Notes under the pieces: generated by a model
What the model was told of the DNA's origin: nothing
The model's input: only the letters and a program-made list of their open reading frames with translations
Database searches by the model: none
Shown: positions 27,068 through 35,088 of the stretch, piece by piece
Position numbering within the stretch: position 1 is the first letter of the stretch
Layout of the letters: the number at the start of each line of letters is the position of its first letter
Position numbers and translations under genes: made by a program
Origin: an uncultured Chloroflexia bacterium
Lineage (GTDB): Bacteria; Chloroflexota; Limnocylindria; Limnocylindrales; CSP1-4
Direction of reading: 5' to 3'
Length of the DNA stretch: 64,000 nt
Assembly: GCA_963744095.1 (NCBI GenBank)
Contig: CAVUSH010000006.1
Coordinates: forward strand, 389,670-453,669

Positions 27068-27836
27068 TCAGCCCGCCGTCCAGCCGCTGTCGGCGGCGAT
27101 GACCGCGCCGCTCACGTCGGAGGCTTCGTCGGACGCCAGCCACGAGATCAACGTGGCGATCTCGTCGGGCTGGGCCATCCGCGTGCCCGACGCGTGGATC
27201 CGCGCGAGCCGCTCGAGGCCCCACTGGCTCCTCGGGTACCCGGTCGTCGCGATGTTCGTGGCGACCCCGCCCGGGCACACCACGTTGCAGCGGATGCCCT
27301 CGGACTGATACGTCCAGGCGACGCTGCGGGTGTAGCCGATGAGCGCGTGCTTGCTCGTCGTGTACGCACAGCCCGCGGTGCCGCCCCGCAGGCCGCCGGC
27401 GGACGAGACGTTGACGATCGAGCCCGACTTCCGGGCCATCATCAGCGGGAGGACGCTGCCGGCCCAGCAGCATCGGGCCGGTCACGTTGACGGCGAGCAC
27501 CCGCGCCCAGGTCTCGTCATCGACCTCGTGCGCCGGCAGGAAGAAGTCCATGATCCCCGCCACGTTGGCGAGGACGTCGATTCGGCCGTGGGCTGCCACC
27601 AGCCCATCGACCGCCGCGTCGACGTCGGCTCGTTCGGTGACGTCACCCTTGCGGAGCGTCACGTCGACGCCGGCGGTCGCGAACTCATCGGCCGCGAGCG
27701 CGAGCCCCTCTTCGTTCACGTCGATCCCGTGGACGTTCGCACCCTCCCGGGCGAACCGAAGGGCCGTCGCCCGACCGATGCCGTACGCCGCACCGGTCAC
27801 GAGGACCACGCGGCCGGTGTGACGGGTGGTGTCCAT
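27068..27836 (-). CDS. SDR-family oxidoreductase, frame broken at ~27458
   Basis: MDTTRHTGRVVLVTGAAYGIGRAT...NVAGIMDFF...VNVTGPMLLGR is followed, after a +1 shift, by SVLPLMMARKSGSIVNVSSAGGLRGGTAGCAYTTSKHALIGYT..., which carries the YxxxK catalytic motif. Confidence 0.85.
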
Positions 27837-27864
27837 GCTGGCCCTCCTCGAAAGGGTGCGCTGC

Positions 27865-28737
27865 TCAGGCGGCCATCCCTTCCGGGGCGGCCCTGACACG
27901 CTGATCCTGGGTGATGTGCCCGCCGTTCGCGAGCGCCACGGCCCCCACCACGAGCCAGTATCCTGCGCCGTTGGCGATCAGGGACAGGAACATCTGCTCC
28001 CCTGAGATCGCCTCGGAGGTGAGGACGAGCGCGCCGACGACGATCGGCATGTGCATGAGCATCACCACCAGGAGGCTCTGGGTGCGGTCATAGACCCACA
28101 CCATCAGCACCCGGTACGGGAGCAGCCACGAGAAGAGCATCGCGGCCATGAAGAGCGCCGGCGGGATCCCACCGGAGGAGGCTGCACTGCCGGCGAAGAG
28201 CGGGAAGTGCCACGCCCCCCACAGCACGCCCATGATCAGCCCAGTGCCAAGAACGCCATGTCGCAGCCGCAACCTGGGCGTGGCGAAGCCTGTCCAGCCA
28301 AGCTCCTCGAAGACGGGGACGATCAGCCCGACCGCGATGCCGGACAGCAGCAGGCTCGCCTTGTCCTCCGCCGTGACGATGGCGGGGAGAAACGCCGGGG
28401 AGGTGAGCGACAGCGCGAGCAGGGTCAGGATCGTCACCAGCGGCGCGGTGAGGAGCGCCACCGCGTACCAGCGCAGGCCAACGCGCCAACGGCGGAGCCG
28501 CGACAGTAGGTCACGCCAGCCCGCTCTCCCGTCGACGAGGCCCGTCAGGACGACACCGGCCAGGCTGGGACCCAGGAGTGACGCGAAGCCCGCGAGGGCG
28601 AATGACGGGCTGGTCGAAGTCGTCTCGAGGAAGCCGCCAGGGCCGACGACGAGGAGGATGGCGCCCCAGGAGATGGCAAACGCCAGGGCGTAGTAGGTCA
28701 GTACTGGATGCTTCTTGACGAAAGCCTTGACAGTCAT
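27865..28737 (-). CDS. CPBP-family intramembrane glutamic endopeptidase (CAAX protease-like)
   Basis: MTVKAFVKKHPVLTYYALAFAISWG...VPVFEELGWTGFATPRL...GAWHFPLF. The EExxxR-like and H motifs are embedded in TM helices. Confidence 0.8.
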   Translation of the reverse strand: MTVKAFVKKHPVLTYYALAFAISWGAILLVVGPGGFLETTSTSPSFALAGFASLLGPSLAGVVLTGLVDGRAGWRDLLSRLRRWRVGLRWYAVALLTAPLVTILTLLALSLTSPAFLPAIVTAEDKASLLLSGIAVGLIVPVFEELGWTGFATPRLRLRHGVLGTGLIMGVLWGAWHFPLFAGSAASSGGIPPALFMAAMLFSWLLPYRVLMVWVYDRTQSLLVVMLMHMPIVVGALVLTSEAISGEQMFLSLIANGAGYWLVVGAVALANGGHITQDQRVRAAPEGMAA

Positions 28738-29150
28738 CGTGCTGTCTCCTGACTGCCGGAGCACGCGTTCGCGACACGGCCGAAGAACGGGGTCGGGCGC
28801 CAGCCCTGGGCGAGCGTCGCCCAGAGCAGGACGGCGTCGATCGCGAGACCAGGCAGCGTCCACGGGGTGACGAAGATCGTGAGCACGATCGCCGAGGCCA
28901 CCGAGGCGACGACGATGAGCGGCTTCCACAGGGACCGCCCGAACCCCGTGGCCGTCACCGCGGCGAGCAGGTAGGCGACGAAGGTCACGAGCACGAGCGC
29001 GATCCCGACCGTGCGGACCGCGTCAGAGCTGGCTCCAACGCCGGTGACGAGCCACGGATCGGCCGCGACGAACGGCCAGGCCGGGCCGCAGATGTACCCG
29101 ATGTGGATGCCGGCGTGAACGACGAGGAACAGCGCGAGCACGAGCGACAT
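28734..29150 (-). CDS. hypothetical 4-TM membrane protein
   Basis: 138-aa ORF MSLVLALFLVVHAGIHIGYI... Its architecture and N-terminal HxxIHxG motif resemble those of 50728-51132. Confidence 0.6.
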   Translation of the reverse strand: MSLVLALFLVVHAGIHIGYICGPAWPFVAADPWLVTGVGASSDAVRTVGIALVLVTFVAYLLAAVTATGFGRSLWKPLIVVASVASAIVLTIFVTPWTLPGLAIDAVLLWATLAQGWRPTPFFGRVANACSGSQETAR

Positions 29151-29152
29151 GA

Positions 29153-29395
29153 CTAGCCTCCTGTGGGGGACGACGATGGGATGGCGACGGTCTCGACCGA
29201 GATCAGCGACAGGCCGAGGTCCCGGATCGCGGCGAGGAGCCCATGGAGGGCGGCCTGGTCGGCCAGCTCGCCGCTGACGAGGGTCGTTCCGTCGGGCTCC
29301 GTCGCCACCGTGAGATCAGCCAACAAGGTCGACCAGGCCGGCGCGAGCTCGCCCTGGACCCGCACTCGGATCTGGTAGCGGACCGAGTGACTCAT
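29153..29395 (-). CDS. small uncharacterised 'DQAALHG' protein, copy S2 (80 aa)
   Basis: RBS GGAGG lies 6 nt upstream of ATG 29395. MSHSVRYQIRVRVQGELAPAWSTLLADLTVATEPDGTTLVSGELADQAALHGLLAAIRDLGLSLISVETV. Confidence 0.7.
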   Translation of the reverse strand: MSHSVRYQIRVRVQGELAPAWSTLLADLTVATEPDGTTLVSGELADQAALHGLLAAIRDLGLSLISVETVAIPSSSPTGG

Positions 29396-29471
29396 CGGGG
29401 ACCTCCGTATGCTCCGGTCCTGTGGGCCGGATCTCATGACGGAGCGTGCCGCTCAACCCCCCACCCGCACA

Positions 29472-29487
29472 TCCATCCCGGGATGGA
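29472..29487. promoter_or_regulatory. 16-bp perfect palindrome in the divergent S2 / LuxR#2 intergenic region
   Basis: TCCATCCCGGGATGGA is its own reverse complement. It lies 77 nt from the S2 ATG and 150 nt from the LuxR#2 ATG. A near-palindrome GGTTGAATTCGAACC follows at 29494-29508. Confidence 0.45.
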
Positions 29488-29636
29488 CCAGGGGGTTGAA
29501 TTCGAACCGCAGCCCTGTTGGGCTCCGGTTCGGGCGAAGTGGCGTCGAACGGCACTGTGCGACCGGGATCTCCGCCCTGACACTTCCGGAGATCCGTACC
29601 CGGCCCCGCGCCCCTACTGGAGGGCTGACCGTCACG

Positions 29637-31792
29637 ATGGAGATGCCAGGGCGAGATGCCCTGATCACGACGAAGCTCGGCGTCCAGGCGCGGGGCAGGC
29701 GTTACGTCGATCGCGAGCGACTGCGGGCCCGACTCGACGACGCAGCCGAGGCTCGACTCGTGCTCGTCTCGGCGCCCGCCGGCTTCGGCAAGAGCACCCT
29801 GCTCGCCGACTGGCTGGGTCAGCCGGGCGTGCGGGGCGCGTGGGTGTCGCTCGACGCGCGCGACAACGACATCGTCCGCTTCGCTCGCTATCTCGCGGCG
29901 GCCACGGCACGCCTCGCCGGGAACACGGAGGACACTCGCGGCGTTCGACGCCGGGTCCTTCGATCCCGAGCTCGCCCTCGCGCACGTTCTCGACCGCGTC
30001 GCGGCGGCCGGAGACGGCGCCGTCCTGGTGCTCGACGATTACCACCTGATCGACGAGCCGGCGGTTCACCGGTTCGTCGCGTCGCTCGTCGAGCGCCTCC
30101 CCCCGCCGGCCCGCGTCGCGATCGCCACGCGCGCCGATCCGCCGCTCCCGCTCGCCCGCCTGCGCGCCCGCGGCGAGCTCCTCGAGGTTCGCGCCGACGA
30201 CCTCCGCTTCACGGCGGCCGAGGCGACCGCGCTCGTGCGGTCGACCGGCGTCGAGCTCACCTCCGCGGAGGTCGAGGCGCTCACCGACCGAACGGAGGGG
30301 TGGGCGGCGGCGTTGTGGCTGGCGGCGGTCTCGCTGCGCGGCCGACCCGACCATGCCGAGCTGGTGCGGCGGTTCGGAGCGAGCCACCGCTACATCCTCG
30401 ACTACGTCGTCGAGGAGGTCCTCGCCGCGCTGCCGCCCGAGACCCAGGAGTTCCTCCTGCGGACCTCGATCCTCGACCGCCTCTGCGGTCCCCTGTGTGA
30501 GGCGGTCACAGGCGAACGCGACGGCCAGGCGCGACTCGAGGAGCTCGAGCGCGCGAACCTCCTCATCACCCCGCTCGACGACGAGCGGCGCTGGTATCGC
30601 TATCACGCGCTCTTCGCCGAGATCCTCCGCGCCCGGTTGCGGATGCTCCACCCGAACGAGGTCCCCGAGCTGCACGCGAGGGCCTCCGCCTGGCACGAGG
30701 AGCGAGGGGATGACGACGAGGCGATCGGCCATGCCCTCCTCTCGGGCGATCTCGAGCGCACGAGCCAGATCATCGCCATCGCCTCGGGCCGCCACGTCAG
30801 CGCGGGCGAGCTCAGCACCGTGCGGCGGTGGCTCGACGCCCTGCCGCCGGAGGTCGTCCGCGGCCACGCCCAGCTCAGCACGTCGTACGCCTGGTGCCTC
30901 GTCCTCGCTGGCGAGACCGAGGGCGTCGCCGAGCGGCTCGCCGACGCCGAGCGGGCGCTCGCCGACGGACGCGACGGCGGCCCGACGATGCGGCTGGCGA
31001 TCCCGACGCAGCTCGCCCTCCTCCGCTCGCAGCTGGCCGCGCTCGAAGGGGACAGCGCCACCGCGATCGCGCAGGCGCGCCTCGCGCGCGACGCTCGTCC
31101 CGGCTGGGCTGCCGGCGCAGACGGAGGCAACCCTGCGAGGCACGGCGACCGTGCTGCTGGGCTTCGCTCTCGTCCGTGCCGGCGATCTCGACGCGGCCGC
31201 GGAGGCCTACGAAGCCGCGCTGCCCGACCTGCGAGCCGGCGGCAACCGCTTCGCCACCGGCCGCGCGATCGGCGACCTGGCCAGGATCGCGATGAAGCGC
31301 GGCGATCCCGAGCGTGCGCTGCGGCTGTGCGAGGCGGAGCTCGAGCGGACCCCGAGGGAGTCGGCCGCGACCGACAGCCCAGCGGTCTGGGCCGTCATGG
31401 CCAGCGCCCAGGCCGAGCTCGGGCAGGCCGAGCTCGCCGAGGCCACCGCCCGTCGCGCCCTCGAGCTCGCGACCGCCAGCGGCGACGCGCCCTGCGCCCG
31501 GCTCGCCCGGGCGACGCTCGAGCGCATCGGCCCACTGCTCGCGAGCGGGGGCCCCGATCCCCATCGACGCGAGGGGGCGGGTCGCGACGGTCCGGTCGAA
31601 GCGCTGACCGGCCGCGAGCTCGAGGTCCTGCGCCTGGTCGCCCTCGGGCGGTCCAACAGCCAGGTCGCGACCGAGCTGTTCGTGACCGTGGGCACCGTCA
31701 AGTCGCACGTCCACACGATCTCGGGCAAGCTCGGGGCGGCGAACCGGACCGAGGCCGTGGCCCGCGGTCGGCAGCTCGGCCTGCTCGGCTGA
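29637..31792 (+). CDS. MalT/LuxR-type STAND transcriptional regulator #2, frame broken twice (~29937 and ~31093)
   Basis: The protein reads through three frames. First: MEMPGRDALITTKLGV...LVLVSAPAGFGKSTLLADWL...GNTEDT. Second: AAFDAGSFDPELALAHVLD...LVLDDYHLI...TEGWAAALWL...AIAQARLARD. Third: LVPAGLPAQTEATLRG...LTGRELEVLRLVALGRSNSQVATELFVTVGTVKSHVHTISGKLG. Confidence 0.85.
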
Positions 31793-31936
31793 CGCTCGCG
31801 TGCTCGCCGCTCGCCCCTCCCGGCGCAGAATCAACCAGCGCGTCCGTCCAACGATGGATGCGCCGGGTGCCGGTTGAGCCGCAGGGTGATCTCCATCAGC
31901 GATCGCCTCGATCGACCGCACTGGAGAGATGGTCCG

Positions 31937-32485
31937 ATGAGCACGAATGGAATGACCGCGCTGCCGGCGAGCACGTCCCGCAGTGCAGCGGACGAGAGGC
32001 TCGCGGGCGGATCCCGCCTGAGCTGCGAGGCGGTCTGGGAGGCGCTCGCGAAGGCCTCCTTCGCCGTCGTCAGCCACGTCAACGCCGCGGGTGAGCCTCG
32101 ATCGAGCGGCGTCGTGTACGGGGTTGCCGATCGGCGCATGTACGTCGCCGTCGCCGCGGATGGCTGGAAGGCGCGCCAGGTCGTGACCGGCCAGGAGGTC
32201 GCGGTCACCGTGCCGGTCCGTCGCGGCGGCATCCTCGCCCTGCTCGTTCCCATCCCCCCGGCCACCATCACCTTCCATGCCAGGGCGACGGTCCACCCGG
32301 CGGGTTCGCTCGACATCGGATCCGTCTCGAAGGAGCTCGAGAAGCTCGTGCCCGAGGCGCGGAAGGACGGGAGCTGCGTCATCGAGCTCGTGCCGGAAGG
32401 CCGGTTCCTGACGTACGGCATCGGCGTGTCGCTGATGGAGATGGCCAACCCGGCGCGCGCGCTTGCCCGCGTGCCCGTCGCGTAG
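31937..32485 (+). CDS. pyridoxamine 5'-phosphate oxidase-family (FMN/F420-binding split-barrel) protein
   Basis: ...CEAVWEALAKASFAVVSHVNAAGEPRSSGVVYGVADRRMYVAVAADGWKARQV... The start was chosen at the ATG preceded by GGAGAG. Confidence 0.65.
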   Translation: MSTNGMTALPASTSRSAADERLAGGSRLSCEAVWEALAKASFAVVSHVNAAGEPRSSGVVYGVADRRMYVAVAADGWKARQVVTGQEVAVTVPVRRGGILALLVPIPPATITFHARATVHPAGSLDIGSVSKELEKLVPEARKDGSCVIELVPEGRFLTYGIGVSLMEMANPARALARVPVA

Positions 32486-32502
32486 GCGAGAGGAGACCCA
32501 CC

Positions 32503-33168
32503 ATGAAGCTGCTGATCGCCGTGTCATCGAAGCACGGCAGCACGAGGGAGATCGCCGAGTCGATCGGCGAGACCGTCCGTGAGACGGGCATCGAGGTCGA
32601 CGTCGTCGACGCCCAGGACGTCGAGTCCGTCGCTCCGTACGACGCCGTCATCGTCGGGAGCGCGGTCCACTGGGGCCGTTGGATGGGGCCCGCTCGCGAC
32701 CTCGTCAACGGCTCCGCGGATGCGCTGCGCACGCGCCCCGTGTGGCTGTTCTCGAGCGGGCCTCTCGGGCGCGACATCGTGGATCCCGCCGACGCTGCCG
32801 AGGGCAACAAGCTCCTCGAGCTCGTCGGGGCGAGGGAGCATCGGGTCTTTCCCGGCAAGGCGGACAAGCAGCAGCTCGGCTTCGTCGAGCGGCGGATCGT
32901 CTCGATGGTCAAGTCGCCCTGGGGCGACCATCGCGACTGGCCCGCCATCCGCGAGTGGGCCGCGTCGATCGCCGGGGAGCTCACGACGGTCCCGGCCGGC
33001 AGCCGGAGCCTGACGCTCATCGACCTGTGTCGGCCGCGCTCGGCCGTGGCGCTCGCGCTCAGGTCGTGCACGAAGCGCTGCGCTGCGACCGCCATCGTCT
33101 CGCTCAGGCCGGCTCCTCGCGACGAACCGTCGAGACCCGATCGATGCTCCGGTCGAACGACGCGATGA
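32503..33168 (+). CDS. flavodoxin-domain protein (HemG-like), C-terminal ~55 aa probably read-through
   Basis: MKLLIAVSSKHGSTREIAESIGETV...YDAVIVGSAVHWGRWMGPA...RPVWLFSSGPLG...REWAASIAGEL. The tail after that has no family character and runs antisense into the vapC remnant. Confidence 0.7.
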   Translation: MKLLIAVSSKHGSTREIAESIGETVRETGIEVDVVDAQDVESVAPYDAVIVGSAVHWGRWMGPARDLVNGSADALRTRPVWLFSSGPLGRDIVDPADAAEGNKLLELVGAREHRVFPGKADKQQLGFVERRIVSMVKSPWGDHRDWPAIREWAASIAGELTTVPAGSRSLTLIDLCRPRSAVALALRSCTKRCAATAIVSLRPAPRDEPSRPDRCSGRTTR

Positions 33169-33247
33169 CGCCGACCCCGGTTCGTTCCGCGCTCGCGACC
33201 AGGTAGGCGTCGGCGAAGTCAAGCCGGTGGACCTCGTAGACACTCAC
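33104..33247 (-). pseudogene. vapC (PIN) 3' remnant
   Basis: VSVYEVHRLDFADAYLVASAERTGVGVIASFDRSIDRVSTVRREEPA-stop parallels residues ~85-133 of the intact VapC at 21229-21630 (VEVYEVHHLDFADAYLIASAERTGIRVIASFDRSIDRVATVRRDEP). The N-terminal two-thirds and the antitoxin are missing. Confidence 0.7.
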
Positions 33248-33294
33248 CGAAGAGAGCCGGCAGGACGCCCCGGAGCCGGGGCCGAGGTCAGGAT

Positions 33295-33741
33295 CTAGCT
33301 GGGCGGCTGCTCCCCCGGCGGCGGGGCGGCGGGAGGTGTCACGACCGGCGGGGCGGCGACTGGGGTTGGCGGGGGCGGTGCTGCCACCGGCGGGGCGACC
33401 GGAGGTGGCGCCGCGGTCGGCCCGCCACCTGACACGGCCGCGGCGGCGGTCGCATAGCCCGGCACCCGATTGCGATTCACGGCTGCCTGAGCGTAGTGCG
33501 TGAGGTCGACGAACAGGCCGAGGGCGATCCACAGCCAGTCCCAGCCCTCGATGCCACCCTTCGTCCACACGAGCATGTACATCACGGTGGTGAACGGGAG
33601 GAAGATGATGCCCAGCAGCGGGACGAGCCAGGCGTCACCCCAGACGACGGGCCAGCGGTCACTGAAGATCCAGGCGAGGACCAGCACCACCCGCGGCGCG
33701 AACGCGATGCCCATCGCCAGCAGGCACCCGAGCAGGATCAT
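33295..33741 (-). CDS. hypothetical membrane protein with Pro/Ala-rich C-terminal tail
   Basis: RBS GGAGGGA lies 5 nt upstream of ATG 33741. MILLGCLLAMGIAFAPRVVLVLAWIF... has 3 TM segments, followed by PPPVAPPVAAPPPPTPVAAPPVVTPPAAPPPGE. Confidence 0.65.
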   Translation of the reverse strand: MILLGCLLAMGIAFAPRVVLVLAWIFSDRWPVVWGDAWLVPLLGIIFLPFTTVMYMLVWTKGGIEGWDWLWIALGLFVDLTHYAQAAVNRNRVPGYATAAAAVSGGGPTAAPPPVAPPVAAPPPPTPVAAPPVVTPPAAPPPGEQPPS

Positions 33742-34158
33742 CGGTTCCCTCCTTCCGTGTCGAACGGCGTCAGGCGGGGCGACCTTGGCAACCCATGGGC
33801 AGGTCGTCGTGCATCGGGGCCTCGCGTGACGCATATTCACGGTCGCAGCGACGCCTCGTCAAGGTCGAGAGCCGAAAGTCACGGCCCCCGGACCGGGAAT
33901 TGACGTGTCGATCTCGAGGCGACCACCCGCGTCATCCGGCGCCGGCGCCTCGCGGCGCGGTCGTGCAGGGCGAAGTGACAGGTCGGCCGGACGCACCGGA
34001 TGTCCGCCAGGCGGACAAGACCGAACCGCCGTACAGCTCGGGTCGAGCGAATCGCAGGGGAGCATCTGACCGCCCCCATCGACCGCCCGAGCGTCTAACG
34101 TTCTATCCGTGATGGATCCGACCATCAGGCCACCCGCTCAGGGACGAGGAGGTCCTGT

Positions 34159-34788
34159 TTGATGGCAAAGCACGAGCCAAAGTACGAGCCCCTCAGCCGT
34201 CACCTCAGCGCCGCGTCCCACGCCGTCGTGATGTCGTTCGACGAGATCGGTCGACTCGTCGGAGGGCTGCCGCCGAGCGCGTACCGCTATCCCACGTGGT
34301 GGGCGAACGACCTTGGCGGCCGACACGTTCAGGCGCACGCTTGGCTCGATCACGGGCGCCGTGTCGTGGCGGTCGATCTTGACCGACAGGTCGTCCGGTT
34401 CTCTTCCGGCCAGAACGGAGAAGCCCCAGAGACCTACCCAGCGACCCAAGACCCGCGCCTGCACGAGACCCGGAGCATCGAGCCGTACCCGAACAGCAGC
34501 CCGATGGAGGGACAGGTCGTGACCGAGGAGACACAGACAGCGTGGCCGTGCCCGAAGGACGGGACTGCCATGCAGCCCATGGGGCGACGCGGACGCGGCG
34601 GGGCGTGGCGGTGCCCGACGTGTCGGGGCGTCTTCGTCGACGTGGAGGCGATGCGGCGCGGGCGCGGGGCGCAACCACCGAAGTGGTCGCCGGTCGTCAC
34701 GAGCGTGCTGATGAGCCTGCTGGCGACGTTCGTGGTCCGGCGGCTTCGGCGACGGTCGCGCAAGCCTCCCTCGCCGCCCCCCGGCTAG
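34159..34788 (+). CDS. hypothetical protein: DUF7662-like N-domain + TFIIB-type zinc ribbon + C-terminal TM anchor
   Basis: RBS GAGGAGG is present. KYEPLSRHLSAASHAVVMSFDEIGRLVGGLPPSAYRYPTWWAN... is followed by WPCPKDGTAMQP...WRCPTCRGVFVD and then VVTSVLMSLLATFVV. Confidence 0.55.
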   Translation: MMAKHEPKYEPLSRHLSAASHAVVMSFDEIGRLVGGLPPSAYRYPTWWANDLGGRHVQAHAWLDHGRRVVAVDLDRQVVRFSSGQNGEAPETYPATQDPRLHETRSIEPYPNSSPMEGQVVTEETQTAWPCPKDGTAMQPMGRRGRGGAWRCPTCRGVFVDVEAMRRGRGAQPPKWSPVVTSVLMSLLATFVVRRLRRRSRKPPSPPPG

Positions 34789-34962
34789 TCTCCCTCCGGC
34801 CCCCGGCTCCGCACCGGGCGCTCCGCTCTCCTCGGAGGATGGGACGCGCACCGGGCGTCCGGGGGTCGAGGACAACGGCAAGGGCCGAGGGTTGTGCGGC
34901 GCCCCTGTCCGGGGAGTTCAGGCTGCGTCGGCTGCCGAGAGCGGACCCAACCCACAGATCGC

Positions 34963-35037
34963 TGGAGCCGACACTCGGATTTGAACCGAGGACCTGCTGT
35001 TTACGAAACAGCTGCTCTACCGCTGAGCTATGTCGGC
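34963..35037 (-). tRNA. tRNA-Thr (anticodon CGT), CCA encoded
   Basis: The reverse complement GCCGACA-TA-GCTC-AGCGGTA-GAGC-A-GCTGT-TTCGTAA-ACAGC-AGGTC-CTCGG-TTCAAAT-CCGAG-TGTCGGC-T-CCA folds as a 75-nt cloverleaf. The anticodon loop is TT-CGT-AA. Confidence 0.9.
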
Positions 35038-35088
35038 GCGGCAGCCAATCTACCACGCCTCCGGCCCTTCGGCCGGAACGGCACCACC

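Noticed and set aside
33000-35037. An intact integrative element or prophage at tRNA-Thr.
   Set aside because: I saw no integrase, excisionase or phage genes and could not spot a direct repeat of the tRNA 3' half. Only a decayed remnant is plausible, and that is reported as a low-interest finding.
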